From positions 3,308-67,307 of the forward strand of contig CAZGXN010000002.1 in NCBI GenBank assembly GCA_964530135.1: a DNA stretch of 64,000 bases. The letters are read 5' to 3'. Below are positions 47,503 to 58,334 of the stretch, in pieces. The notes under the pieces are model-generated. The model was given only the letters and a program-made list of their open reading frames with translations. It had not been told where the DNA came from and searched no databases. How positions within the stretch are numbered: the stretch's first letter is position 1; every line of letters begins with the position of its first letter. The DNA is from an uncultured Bdellovibrionales bacterium. Lineage in GTDB: Bacteria; Patescibacteriota; Minisyncoccia; Moranbacterales; UBA1568. A program made the position numbers and the translations under genes.

Positions 47503-49188
47503 CTAGGAATTCGGGATATCAAGTTTTTTTGGTGTAACGAGAATCCAGGGATGCCGTTCCATCCAATCGGCGAAAAAGAAATTAACCATGATCCGGACCA
47601 AAACAACTGCTGTGAAGAGTGAGAGAAGCACACCGAGCGCCAGGATAATCGCAAAGCCCTTTACAAAGCCTGTTCCCATACCAATGAGGATGACGGTCGT
47701 GATAAGAGTCGAGAGGTGGCCGTCCCGAATTGATGGCCAAGCCCGACGAAATCCCTCATGTAAGGCTTTCCGCATCGACTTACCAAACGACAATTCTTCG
47801 CGGGTGCGTTCAAAGATGAGTACATTGGCATCGACTGCGATACCGATCGAGAGAATAAACCCGGCGATACCCGAAAGAGTGAGGGTAATCGGAAACGGTG
47901 TAAAAACTGAGAGTTTGAAGAGCGCCAAGAGCATCGCTGAGTAGAGAAGGAGTGCGAGGACAGCGATAAAGCCCAGGAAACGATAGAAGAGAAGCATAAA
48001 AACCGAGACTGCTGCCAAGCCATATATGCCCGCCCGAACGCTCTGATCCATCGCCGACCGACCCAGTGAAGCATCAATCGACTGCTGTGAAACGAGACTG
48101 ATTGGCACTGGCAACGCACCTTCATTAAATCGCTTCACCTCAGCATTCGCCTCAGCCAAAGTGAAATTACTTGTGATGACTGCTTGACCATCTCGAATCT
48201 CGGCCTGCACTATCGGCTGACTGACGATCTCACCATCAATGAAGATCGCAACTGGTTTACCCACATTGCGCGCAGTAATATCAGCAAAAAGCTTCGTTCC
48301 CTCCTCATCAAACCGGAGCGCGATCTGCGGCGAGCCGATCCCCTGACTTTGATAGTCTACAAAAACATCACTGAGATTTTTCCCCGAGAGCCCCGTTGGC
48401 TTAAATTTCAAATCAGGCACATCATCAAGTGAATATTTTGGGAACAAAATATGCGCGATATTTACCTCGCGTTCATCACCCTCACCGCGCTCATCGACTT
48501 TTCGGATAATATGCCAACCAAATGTCGTTTCGACGAGAGTAGGGTGAACGCTGCCTGTGGCAAATCCTGGAGCAAAAGCGACAGTATCAAATTCGGGAAC
48601 ATACGCACCTTTCTTGGCAAAGCCAAGGGTTCCACCAGTCGCCTTAGATCCCGGATCCTGACTCCAAGTGTTCGCCAGTTCCGCAAAGTCATTTCCCGCC
48701 AAAGCTGTAATCAGGACCGTGTCGGCGGTGGCTTTTGACTGAGTGTTGAAAGTATCCACCTGAGCCTGTGCCTCCGGCCCAGCGAGCTCACGAAATTCGA
48801 GAAAGGGTGTCTCTTTGATGAGTTTTTTCGCATCCTCAATGTCTTTCACCCCCGGGAGCTCGACGATAATGCGGTTTTCACTACCTGATCGTGAGAGTTG
48901 TACGACCGGCTCACCCACGCCAAACGCATTGACACGCCGCTCAATCACATCGACAGCCGCCTGAAGCGCATCATCTCGCTTGGCCGCATCGAGATCAGCA
49001 GTGTCGGCAGCGTACTCGAGATGAATACCGCCTTGCAGGTCGAGACCGAGATTTACCTGAGCCTGAGCAAAAAACCGCTCCACTGGCGGGACAAAGGCAA
49101 CGAGTTTCGGATACGCAATCAGGCCCGAGATGAGCGCGAGGAGCACAACTCCCGCAAATTGCAAGCGGAGTTTCTGGAGAGCATTCAT
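47503..49188 (-). CDS. secD: protein translocase subunit SecD
   Basis: 'NLGLDLQGGIHL' motif, large periplasmic domain, 6 C-terminal TM; start at ATG (ORF-track 49224 is TTG). Confidence 0.9.
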   Translation of the reverse strand: MNALQKLRLQFAGVVLLALISGLIAYPKLVAFVPPVERFFAQAQVNLGLDLQGGIHLEYAADTADLDAAKRDDALQAAVDVIERRVNAFGVGEPVVQLSRSGSENRIIVELPGVKDIEDAKKLIKETPFLEFRELAGPEAQAQVDTFNTQSKATADTVLITALAGNDFAELANTWSQDPGSKATGGTLGFAKKGAYVPEFDTVAFAPGFATGSVHPTLVETTFGWHIIRKVDERGEGDEREVNIAHILFPKYSLDDVPDLKFKPTGLSGKNLSDVFVDYQSQGIGSPQIALRFDEEGTKLFADITARNVGKPVAIFIDGEIVSQPIVQAEIRDGQAVITSNFTLAEANAEVKRFNEGALPVPISLVSQQSIDASLGRSAMDQSVRAGIYGLAAVSVFMLLFYRFLGFIAVLALLLYSAMLLALFKLSVFTPFPITLTLSGIAGFILSIGIAVDANVLIFERTREELSFGKSMRKALHEGFRRAWPSIRDGHLSTLITTVILIGMGTGFVKGFAIILALGVLLSLFTAVVLVRIMVNFFFADWMERHPWILVTPKKLDIPNS

Positions 49189-49350
49189 AGTCCCCAGTAT
49201 ATCGAAAGAAAATGGCTTAGGCAAGCCAGTGAAATCTATCAGTTTTCGGCTAAAAATGAGCCTTGTTCACACCCGCTCACATTCCTCACCAATTTAGATG
49301 AAATCAAACATTTCCACCCAGAAAACAAGGGTATCAAGGGACAAGACGGG

Positions 49351-51054
49351 CTATTTCCCGAGTCTTTCTTCAAGGCGTTTCAACCGACGTTTTGCTTCGC
49401 GTTCAAGACGTTTGGCATAGGCAGCGTAGTCCGGGATCGATTCTATCCTTCCATTGACAAAAAGGAACGCTTGATCGAGTAATACATGTGAAAGAAAAGT
49501 ACGGTCATGAGTTACGAGGATCACCGTACCTGGATACGCGGCGAGAGCGTCTTCGAGTGCCTCAATCGCCTCGAGGTCGAGATGATTGGTCGGTTCATCG
49601 AGGATAAGGATATTGGCACCTCGATAGACGAGTGATGCGAGCACGAGTCGCACCCGCTCACCTGGACTCAGTCGGCCGATTTTGACCGTGGCTTCATCTG
49701 GTACGAAACCAAAACGGGCGAGAAGTGTCAGAACATCGCTCCGTTCGTATAAACGAAAGCGTTTGGCAAAATATGAGATCGCTGTTTCGGCCAATGGGAT
49801 ATTTTCACTCTCTTGCATGAGATCACCAAAGACCGCGCCTTTGCCAACCCGAACTGTCCCAGCCAGAGCCGGCACGAGTCCCAGAATAGTCTTGATGAGG
49901 GTGGATTTTCCAGCGCCATTCTCACCGAGCAATGCAGTGCGCGATCGGAACGGAAAGCGGAGTGTGATACCCTTGGCGACCGGCTGCTTTTTCTCATACC
50001 CGATTGCAACGCGCGCGAGGGTAATTGCCGGCGGAGCAGTCTTGGCGCCTGGTACAAGTTCAAACTCCAGCGGTGGCCGTTCAAATGGTTTATCGTGTTC
50101 AGTCAACCGTTCCAATCTCCCTTCAAGGGCTTTGGCTGAGCCAGTAAATTTCTTGATCGCGCGTTCTTTTTTGTAGTTAGCAGCGAGCTTATCACGGTCA
50201 GGACCGCGTTTTTTCTTGGTGGCATCTGCCCACTGGATTTTCTCCGCAGCGGAAGATATCACTCGGTCTCGTTCTCGCTCTTGGACACCATACAATTCTT
50301 TGGCCCGACGGAGCGCATGTGCTTTGGTCTCAGCATAAATCGACCAATTGCCGCTGTAGAGCAAGGCTGTATGTTTGATGGGATCGATAGCCAAAACGCG
50401 TTCGACCGTATGGTCGAGGAAAGTCCGATCATGCGAAGCAACGATCAGGGTTACTCCCGACCGGACGAGGTAGGCCTCGAGCCACAGAAGTGCGACTAGG
50501 TCGAGGTTATTCGTTGGTTCGTCCAGGAGAAGAATATCAACACCCGAAAGCAGAACGGCTGCTAGAGCGAGCTTGCGTTTCTCTCCGCCAGAAAAAGTAT
50601 TGAGTGAGCGATCAAGGTCGAGCTGATCAAGTGCCAGACCATCGAGTATCCCCTTTGCCCGATCAAGGAACACATAGCCGCCAAGTCGTTCAAAACGTTC
50701 TGTCAGAATTTCGTAGGTTGCCAGCTGATCCGCCTGATCGAGCAGAGGCTCCAGTGCTTCCATTTCGATTTCGAGCGCTCCAATCCCCGTCGCGTTGCGG
50801 AGAAACTGAAGGGCGGACTCATCGCCAGTCGGAATCGTTTCCTGAGGCAGATAGCCGACCAGCGCCCCTTTGGCTAGAGTAACAAAACCTTTGTCGGCCG
50901 ACTCCAGTCCCGCGATGATCTTAAGGAGGGTGGACTTACCTGTCCCATTTTCCCCAACAAGAGCCATACGCTGTCCCCGCGCCAAATTGAACGACACCTC
51001 GTGCAAAAGACGACGCGTCCCAAAACTCTTTCTGATGCGTTTAACGGAAAGCAT
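49351..51054 (-). CDS. ABC-F family ATPase (tandem ABC domains, Uup/EttA-like)
   Basis: Walker A 'GENGTGKST' and 'GENGAGKST', signatures 'FSGGEKRKLALA', 'LSPGERVRLVLA', basic coiled-coil C-terminus. Confidence 0.85.
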   Translation of the reverse strand: MLSVKRIRKSFGTRRLLHEVSFNLARGQRMALVGENGTGKSTLLKIIAGLESADKGFVTLAKGALVGYLPQETIPTGDESALQFLRNATGIGALEIEMEALEPLLDQADQLATYEILTERFERLGGYVFLDRAKGILDGLALDQLDLDRSLNTFSGGEKRKLALAAVLLSGVDILLLDEPTNNLDLVALLWLEAYLVRSGVTLIVASHDRTFLDHTVERVLAIDPIKHTALLYSGNWSIYAETKAHALRRAKELYGVQERERDRVISSAAEKIQWADATKKKRGPDRDKLAANYKKERAIKKFTGSAKALEGRLERLTEHDKPFERPPLEFELVPGAKTAPPAITLARVAIGYEKKQPVAKGITLRFPFRSRTALLGENGAGKSTLIKTILGLVPALAGTVRVGKGAVFGDLMQESENIPLAETAISYFAKRFRLYERSDVLTLLARFGFVPDEATVKIGRLSPGERVRLVLASLVYRGANILILDEPTNHLDLEAIEALEDALAAYPGTVILVTHDRTFLSHVLLDQAFLFVNGRIESIPDYAAYAKRLEREAKRRLKRLEERLGK

Positions 51055-51244
51055 ACAAGTAAAACGAAGCGGGGAGAAAATTGATTTTTTAGAGAGAAAA
51101 ACTAGATTCAAACTAATGGCTTACTCTACAGCATTTCGCGAAAAAATCAACTTTCTCTCTCCCATTCACGGAAACCCATGTGTCTTCAAATCTCGTACGG
51201 ACGGTGCTGATACACACCTCAATCATGAGAGGTATGGCAAGGCT

Positions 51245-51763
51245 TTAGAATGACTGGCTTTTCAAATAATCTTCGGTAGCTTGGAGAACGTGTTTGGCGT
51301 TCTTGAAAGTTACTTTGGCGAGGGCCTGATCGAACGACAGCCACACCGAACCGATGTGTTCATGAGAAAGCGCTACCTCAGTCGCCTGAATCGCTTGAGC
51401 GGGATAAAAATGCACAACTTTGAAAATCCAAGTTCCACGGCCTTCTCGGACTCGTCGTTCATATTCATTGCCCCGCGCTTCATAGAAATAACGAATACTT
51501 ACTCGCCCCGGATAAACCCGGAGATCTTTGATTCCCGTTTCCTCTTCCGTCTCACGACGCAAGGTGTCTTCCTCCGTCTCCCCGGGCTCCATATGACCCT
51601 TGGGGAAATCAAAATGCCCGCTCGGATACTGCAGGATCAGATACTCACGAGTCCCATCAGAGAGGGTCCGAAACAACACACTCCCGACCGAAACTTCCCA
51701 AATCACGGGAAATCCAAGGAAGCCGAGTATCCGACAGAGTAATTTATTGACAGGCAAACGCAT
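51245..51763 (-). CDS. NUDIX hydrolase
   Basis: Nudix box 'GHMEPGETEEDTLRRETEEETGI'. Confidence 0.8.
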   Translation of the reverse strand: MRLPVNKLLCRILGFLGFPVIWEVSVGSVLFRTLSDGTREYLILQYPSGHFDFPKGHMEPGETEEDTLRRETEEETGIKDLRVYPGRVSIRYFYEARGNEYERRVREGRGTWIFKVVHFYPAQAIQATEVALSHEHIGSVWLSFDQALAKVTFKNAKHVLQATEDYLKSQSF

Positions 51764-51873
51764 ATAGATCCAGACTACAGGGAAAGCGCGGCATTGACTA
51801 GTCAGAAGAGCGTATTGTGCTGATATATCTTTATTACCACTAGAAAATTCCTTCTATACCGTATACTAAAAGC

Positions 51874-54009
51874 ATGCCTTCTCTTTTTTCCTTCTTTCGC
51901 TGGATCATGCGTCAGACAAGTTGGTTTATCCTCATCCTCACACTCGGACTGATTGTTGGAGGGTTTTCAATATATTATTTCGATGCTTCAGAAACGCTCA
52001 ATCTCGACGAACATCCACTCAATGAGACAACGGTCATCTATGACCGAACTGGAACCAAAATTCTCTATCAACTCTACGGGGAGGAAAATCGACGAATTAT
52101 CGGACATACAGATATACCCGAGGCCGTCCGTCTCGCGACCGTTGCATCCGAAGACGCGCATTTCTTCACTCACCCCGGGATCGACCTCGTCGCTATCTTC
52201 CGCGCCGCAATCATCAATGTCCGCAATCAAGGTATCTCACAGGGTGCCTCGACTATCACACAACAACTTGCTCGGGCGCTTTTCCTCAATCGTGAAAAAA
52301 CTTGGGTTAGAAAAATACGCGAGGTGATACTGGCAATAAAAATTGAAAAGTCTCTTTCTAAAGATGAAATCCTTGATCTCTATCTCAATACTGTCCCTTA
52401 TGGATCGAATGCTTACGGTATCGAAGCGGCCGCGCAGACATTTTTCGGTAAGCGCGCCCGCGACCTGACACTTGACGAAGCCGCCCTCATCAGTGCTCTT
52501 CCCAATGCTCCAACCCTGTACTCGCCCTATGGAAAGAATACATCTGGCCTCATGGCTCGGAAAGAATCAATTCTCCGAAAAATGCATGAGCTCAAATCAA
52601 TCACGCTCGCTGAAATGAATGCAGCCCTCGCGGCTCAAACTCTCGACCGAATAGTTCCTCTCGAACGGAAAATCCAAGCTCCACATTTCGTATTTTATAT
52701 CCTCGATCAGTTGAAAAAAGAATACGGCCTCGAAACACTCAAAACACAGGGATACGCTGTATACACATCGCTTGATCTCGATCTCCAAAAAAAAGCAGAG
52801 GTGATTGTGGCTGACGGTGTGAAAAAAAATCTCGCCCGCGGGGCATCCAATGGAGCACTCGTAGCAATCACCCCAAAAAATGGCGAAATCCTCGCGCTCG
52901 TCGGCAGTCGAGATTACTTTGATACTCAAATTGACGGCCAAGTAAATGTTGCGATTGAAAAACGCCAGCCTGGATCAACCTTCAAGCCCTTTGCCTATGC
53001 GACGGCCTTTACCAAAGGCTTTGCGCCTGAGACCCGAATTTACGATGTTCCCATAAACTTCGGGCCAGATGGAACTGGGGCAGACTATATCCCAAGTAAC
53101 TACGATGGCAGATTCCGCGGACTTATCACGATGCGTGCAGCACTTTCCCAATCACTCAATATCCCCGCTGTCTCGACGCTCTACCTCGCCGGATTGCCAG
53201 ACACCATTGCACTCGCCACAGCACTTGGGATCACAACACTCACCGAACCATCGCGTTATGGACTCGCTCTCGTCCTCGGGGGGGCGGAGGTAAAGCTCAT
53301 TGATCTGACGAGTGCCTTTGGTGTCTTTGGTCAAGAGGGTAAGCGCGTTTTAACTGATGGTCTACTCCGGGTTGTTGATCGTGAAGGTCGAGATCTCTAC
53401 AAACGCTCAATCAATCCTGACACCGTTCTCAGTAGCAATGTCGCCCGCCAAATCAACTCTATCCTCTCCGACAATGTCGCCCGCACGCCGGTCTTTGGCT
53501 CATCGAGCCCGATTGCCTTTCCTGCCGGTACCGGTGTCGCTGCCAAAACAGGAACAACACAAAATTTTCGGGATGCCTGGACGGTTGGATATACCAATAC
53601 GGTTGCCCTCGGCGTTTGGACTGGTAACAATGACAACACTGCCATGGAGGAAGGCGCTGATGGTATTTATACGGCGGCACCAATATGGCGCGCGATGATG
53701 GACACACTGCTCGTTTCTTACCCAGCCACGCCCTTCACTCCCTACACATATGGGTCATCTGATGATGGTGCTACCGTTCCGAGTGATGTCGTTGGTGGAG
53801 AACCGAAAACCGTTTACTATGATAAAAAGTCCGGACGAAAAATCTCGGCAGAAAAGGCCAGAAAAAAGCGAGCCAGTGAAGTCGAGGTCAGAATTGTTGA
53901 TGGCGAAAAAACTTTCCGCTACTCAAAAGTGAAGGGAACAGGAGAGCTACTCTTTCAACCTTCAACTGCTGCAGATCTCTTAAAGATCTATTACCCAAAC
54001 GGGAACTAA
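51874..54009 (+). CDS. class A penicillin-binding protein (PBP1A-type transglycosylase/transpeptidase)
   Basis: GT51 'EDAHFFTHPGID', transpeptidase 'STFKP', 'KTGTT', N-terminal TM anchor. Confidence 0.9.
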   Translation: MPSLFSFFRWIMRQTSWFILILTLGLIVGGFSIYYFDASETLNLDEHPLNETTVIYDRTGTKILYQLYGEENRRIIGHTDIPEAVRLATVASEDAHFFTHPGIDLVAIFRAAIINVRNQGISQGASTITQQLARALFLNREKTWVRKIREVILAIKIEKSLSKDEILDLYLNTVPYGSNAYGIEAAAQTFFGKRARDLTLDEAALISALPNAPTLYSPYGKNTSGLMARKESILRKMHELKSITLAEMNAALAAQTLDRIVPLERKIQAPHFVFYILDQLKKEYGLETLKTQGYAVYTSLDLDLQKKAEVIVADGVKKNLARGASNGALVAITPKNGEILALVGSRDYFDTQIDGQVNVAIEKRQPGSTFKPFAYATAFTKGFAPETRIYDVPINFGPDGTGADYIPSNYDGRFRGLITMRAALSQSLNIPAVSTLYLAGLPDTIALATALGITTLTEPSRYGLALVLGGAEVKLIDLTSAFGVFGQEGKRVLTDGLLRVVDREGRDLYKRSINPDTVLSSNVARQINSILSDNVARTPVFGSSSPIAFPAGTGVAAKTGTTQNFRDAWTVGYTNTVALGVWTGNNDNTAMEEGADGIYTAAPIWRAMMDTLLVSYPATPFTPYTYGSSDDGATVPSDVVGGEPKTVYYDKKSGRKISAEKARKKRASEVEVRIVDGEKTFRYSKVKGTGELLFQPSTAADLLKIYYPNGN

Positions 54010-55262
54010 TCCCGACGAAGCGCTTCCATCGGCGTCAGTTCTGAGGCCCGATAGGCTGGTGCGAGACCAAAGATGACTCCAACGGCTGTTGAAAAACTCA
54101 CTCCCAGAAGAAATGATTGGAGAGAGAATGAGAGTGGCAGCGGAAAGCCGAAGGAAGTAAAGATATAACCGAGCACGAGGGTGAGCAGCATCCCCAAGAG
54201 GATTCCAAGCACGCCACCGAGAAGCGTAATGATTAAAGCCTCGAAGAGGAACTGCTGCAGTATACTTTTCGAAGTCGCTCCCACCGCCTTGCGAAGACCG
54301 ATCTCCGATGTCCGCTCCGAAACGGAGACATACATAACATTCATGATCCCCACCCCACCAACAACCAGGGAAATCGAGGTAAGCGCCAGTAAAAGAATAG
54401 ACAACGCACCCAATACATCTCCAAGCGTTTCCTGGGTTTCTTTGGTCGAAGTTACCGAAAAATCGTCTTTATCCGGATCAGTGATATCATGCCGTTGTCG
54501 AAGAAGCGCCACGATATCTGCCACAGTTTCAGTTTCGCGTGATGTATCTTTCATTTTGACCGAAACAAACTGGACGTAGTTCACTCCGAGCAACTTCTTC
54601 TGAAGCGTCCGAACAGGGATATAGGTAAACGAATCAAGATTTAAAAAAGCAACGGCACCGCGTGACTCAAGCACACCGATTACCCGATATTTTTCACCCT
54701 TCAGAATAACGTACTCTCCAACCGCATCACTCGACCCAAAAAAAGTTTCCTTAGTGTCACTTCCAAGCACAGCAACCTGAGCGAGACTTGCATCCTCTTC
54801 CTTGGTAAAAAATCGTCCGCTCGCTAACTTGAGATTCTGATCAACAAGTGCCACATCGGACCCTGTACCAAATAGGGAGATACGCTTTCCCACCGACCTA
54901 TAGGTAGCGCGTTCCTGCCCGATCGTGCCTGCGTAGACCGCTTCAATATTGGCAATCTTTTCAATCGCTTCCGCATCCTTCACGGTCAGCGTCGTAATTT
55001 GCGTCCCCTGTGCCCGGCCGGTTGAGTTCTCACTCGACATCGCCGTCGTATTCGGAATTTTCACTTCGACTTGGATCAGATTCGTTCCAAAACTCTCTAC
55101 TTGCCCCAGAATATAGCTCTTTACCCCCTCGCCAAGTGCCGTCACTACGACAATCGCAAAAACGCCGATAACTACGCCGAGCAGCGCCAAGGCTGTCCGT
55201 GCGCGATGGGTACGGATCGTGCGAAGGGCGAACAAAAATGGAGTAAATATTTTTTTATTCAT
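54006..55262 (-). CDS. ABC transporter permease (MacB/FtsX family)
   Basis: N-terminal TM, large extracytoplasmic domain, 3 C-terminal TM (FtsX-like). Confidence 0.85.
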   Translation of the reverse strand: MNKKIFTPFLFALRTIRTHRARTALALLGVVIGVFAIVVVTALGEGVKSYILGQVESFGTNLIQVEVKIPNTTAMSSENSTGRAQGTQITTLTVKDAEAIEKIANIEAVYAGTIGQERATYRSVGKRISLFGTGSDVALVDQNLKLASGRFFTKEEDASLAQVAVLGSDTKETFFGSSDAVGEYVILKGEKYRVIGVLESRGAVAFLNLDSFTYIPVRTLQKKLLGVNYVQFVSVKMKDTSRETETVADIVALLRQRHDITDPDKDDFSVTSTKETQETLGDVLGALSILLLALTSISLVVGGVGIMNVMYVSVSERTSEIGLRKAVGATSKSILQQFLFEALIITLLGGVLGILLGMLLTLVLGYIFTSFGFPLPLSFSLQSFLLGVSFSTAVGVIFGLAPAYRASELTPMEALRRD

Positions 55263-56496
55263 AACGCAGTGCCTCCATTGGACTCACCTTGGAGGCTTTG
55301 AAGGCCGGGTACAGACCGAAAGTGATGCCAATAATAAGCGAAACCGTAAACCCGAGAGCGATCGATGGGAACGGAACAAGAAATTGCCATTCATATCCGA
55401 ACCGCGGAATAATAAGTGCTGCGATATACGCGATGAACACGCCAAATACAATACCGATACAGCCACCGACCAGCGTGATTACGGATGATTCGATAAGAAA
55501 TTGTGTGATAATGTGCAACGGTCTCGCCCCGACGGCTTTCCGCAAACCAATCTCGCGAATCCGCTGTGAGACTGAAATCAACATCGAGTTCATGATTCCG
55601 ATGCCGCCGACCAGAAGCGAAATGGAAGCGATGGCGATCAGGAAATATTTCAAGACATCAGTAATCGTCGTGAGAATGCCGAGAGCCGCTTTGGTACTTC
55701 GCACTGAGAAATCTGACTCTTCATTCTCTTCGAGGTTGTGGCGTTTTCGAAGAAGCAGCGTCATATCGGCCAATGTCCGTTCGATATTAACTGGTTCATC
55801 TACTTTGCCGCGACCAAAATTGAGATAGTCGATCCCAAGCAATATTTTCTGTGCTGTCCCAAGCGGGACATATACCAATACATCAGGATTCGAAAAGGCA
55901 GCCGATCCGCGCGCCTCCAAAACGCCAATTACCTTAAACGGATTCTTCTTGATATTCACGACCTGGCCGATCGGATCTTGTCCAGGAAAGAGGTCAACTG
56001 CCCGAGTCGCCCCCAAGACCACGACCCGTGAAAGATCATTCTCTTCCTCGGGAAAGAAAAATCGGCCTTGGGCAACCTTGATATTTTCAACTGCGATCAT
56101 ATCCGGGGAAACTCCCTGAAAGCTCGCTTCAAACGATCCTGTATTCGATTCGATCGTTGCTGACCCACTTACATACCCCGAGACAGCTGTCAGATGAGGG
56201 ATATTTCTCCGCTCTCGCAAGGCCTTTAAATCATCATATTTGAAGGTAGTTGTAACGATACCGAGCGCCGATGCCGGAGGCCCCTTTTCTTCGGATGCCC
56301 CGGGCAAAATGGCAACGAGATTTGATCCGACACTCTCAATCTGGGAAAGAACCAGTTTCTGTGCGCTCGCCCCGATCGCCATCACCATGATAACGGCCGC
56401 AACTCCGATCACGACGCCGAGCACGGTTAAAAAAAATCGCAGTTTGGAGGCCGAGAGTGATCGATACGTTATCTTTATCGGGTCTGATATTTTCAT
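55255..56496 (-). CDS. ABC transporter permease (MacB/FtsX family), paralog
   Basis: same architecture as the neighbouring permease. Confidence 0.85.
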   Translation of the reverse strand: MKISDPIKITYRSLSASKLRFFLTVLGVVIGVAAVIMVMAIGASAQKLVLSQIESVGSNLVAILPGASEEKGPPASALGIVTTTFKYDDLKALRERRNIPHLTAVSGYVSGSATIESNTGSFEASFQGVSPDMIAVENIKVAQGRFFFPEEENDLSRVVVLGATRAVDLFPGQDPIGQVVNIKKNPFKVIGVLEARGSAAFSNPDVLVYVPLGTAQKILLGIDYLNFGRGKVDEPVNIERTLADMTLLLRKRHNLEENEESDFSVRSTKAALGILTTITDVLKYFLIAIASISLLVGGIGIMNSMLISVSQRIREIGLRKAVGARPLHIITQFLIESSVITLVGGCIGIVFGVFIAYIAALIIPRFGYEWQFLVPFPSIALGFTVSLIIGITFGLYPAFKASKVSPMEALRYE

Positions 56497-56546
56497 ACAA
56501 TCTCTGCGACAGACTATTCAGAGGTTCAACCTCTCTCAGCCCGATC

Positions 56547-57272
56547 CTATTTGAGCAGATGGTGGCTGTCCGTTCTTGCGATCCGTCGGTGCTCTACAGC
56601 CTCATCGGCAATAATCTGCCCGTCAACCATACGAAGGATACGCTTCGCATGTTCCGCGGTTGCTGTTTCGTGGGTCACGAGAATAATCGTCCGCCCATCA
56701 TCATTGAGCTGCTGTAAAATGGCCATGACCTGGAGGCCAGATTTCGAATCGAGATTACCAGTCGGTTCATCTGCAAAAATAATATCCGGATTATTGACGA
56801 GTGCTCGAGCAATCGCGACACGCTGCTTCTCTCCGCCCGAAAGTTGATTGGATAGATAATTGGTGCGTTGAGTCATGTTCACTGCCTCAAGTGCCGCCTC
56901 GACCCGCGCCCGATTCGAGGCATCAGCCACATCATCGTACAGCAGCGGCAACTCAACATTTTCAAAAACTGTCGTCTTGGGTAGTAAATTAAAAGCTTGA
57001 AAGATAAAGCCGATTTTTTTATTGCGCAACTGCGCGAGTTCGTCATCAGAAAACTTCGTTACATCCTTGCCGTCCAAGAAATATTCACCTCCCGTAGCCC
57101 GATCAAGCAGCCCCAGCACTTGCATCAGAGTCGATTTACCTGACCCCGATGGCCCCATAATAGAGAGAAACTCCCCTTTTTCAATGAAAAAGTTTGCGCC
57201 GACCAGAGCGCACGTCGCCACACCATCACTTTCGTATGTCTTTTCCAGATCCCGCACTTGTATCAAAGCCAT
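56547..57272 (-). CDS. ABC transporter ATP-binding protein (MacB-type ATPase)
   Basis: Walker A 'GPSGSGKST', signature 'LSGGEKQRVAIARAL'. Confidence 0.9.
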   Translation of the reverse strand: MALIQVRDLEKTYESDGVATCALVGANFFIEKGEFLSIMGPSGSGKSTLMQVLGLLDRATGGEYFLDGKDVTKFSDDELAQLRNKKIGFIFQAFNLLPKTTVFENVELPLLYDDVADASNRARVEAALEAVNMTQRTNYLSNQLSGGEKQRVAIARALVNNPDIIFADEPTGNLDSKSGLQVMAILQQLNDDGRTIILVTHETATAEHAKRILRMVDGQIIADEAVEHRRIARTDSHHLLK

Positions 57273-57289
57273 GTCGTGAACAGTTATCG

Positions 57290-58291
57290 CTATTTCACCT
57301 GCGTAGCGCCGATCGTCACTTCATCCCCCTCTTTCAGCCCGGTCGTCACCTCAATTGTACCGTCATCACCCTCGAGCCCGGTCGTCACCTCTACTTTTTT
57401 AAACGTGAGGTCGGCTTGTTTTACCTGAGCAAACGTCTTCGCGCCTTCTTTCGTCAATGCCCGAAATGGTACCCAAAGAACATTCGCCCGATTCGCCGTC
57501 TGAATATCAATATTACCTGTCATCCCCTCCTTCAGCCGTACGTCGCGCTCGGACAAACGAAATGTAACCTTATAGGAAACCACATCCTGAACCACGGTTG
57601 CAGCCGGATCGATATGTACCACCTCACCATCAAACTTTTCGTCTAACGACAATGAATCAAACGTGATCATTGCCCTCATCCCAAGCGCTACCTTGGCAAT
57701 ATCCGATTCCGGTACGCGCGATTCGAGCATATAAGTTCCGGATTGAGCGACCCGCGCGACCACTTGGCCAGTCTTTACGACCTCCCCCACCCGAGCATCA
57801 AGCCTTGAAATACTTCCGCTCATCGGGGCCGTCAATACATTTTCTTTCATCTGGAGCTCTAATGTCCGAACCCGCTCCCGGGCCTGTTCCGCTGCTAATT
57901 TTTTCGCCAGCCGTTCTTCGGGCGCTGGTGAGAGACGTTTACGCAAAATGAGTTGTTCGGCCTGTTCAGCAATCCGCGCTGTAAGGCGCGCATCCTTCAG
58001 CTGGGAATACAAGACTCTCCGATCAATGGAGGCGATTTTGTCTCCGGTCGCGACCCTATCACCGGTTTTCACATACAGCGCATCAATCGTTCCAGTAGAG
58101 AGGAACGCCAGGTCTGCGTACGCCTCCGGTACGAGCTCCCCCGTCACGCTCACGGTTTCTGAAACATCTCCCCGTCTCACCGTTTCCGTTTGAACCGGAA
58201 TACTCGTGTCGCGTACCGCAATAAAGTAATAACCGCCGCCGAAGACAAGTGCAACAATCAGTCCGACGGTGATTCTTTTTTTTGTGAACAT
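57290..58291 (-). CDS. efflux periplasmic adaptor / membrane-fusion protein (HlyD/MacA-like)
   Basis: N-terminal TM anchor, biotinyl/lipoyl-like hairpin and beta-barrel regions. Confidence 0.8.
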   Translation of the reverse strand: MFTKKRITVGLIVALVFGGGYYFIAVRDTSIPVQTETVRRGDVSETVSVTGELVPEAYADLAFLSTGTIDALYVKTGDRVATGDKIASIDRRVLYSQLKDARLTARIAEQAEQLILRKRLSPAPEERLAKKLAAEQARERVRTLELQMKENVLTAPMSGSISRLDARVGEVVKTGQVVARVAQSGTYMLESRVPESDIAKVALGMRAMITFDSLSLDEKFDGEVVHIDPAATVVQDVVSYKVTFRLSERDVRLKEGMTGNIDIQTANRANVLWVPFRALTKEGAKTFAQVKQADLTFKKVEVTTGLEGDDGTIEVTTGLKEGDEVTIGATQVK

Positions 58292-58334
58292 ATTTTTAGC
58301 TACGAATACATTTGAAAACCTATTGCATCAAAAT

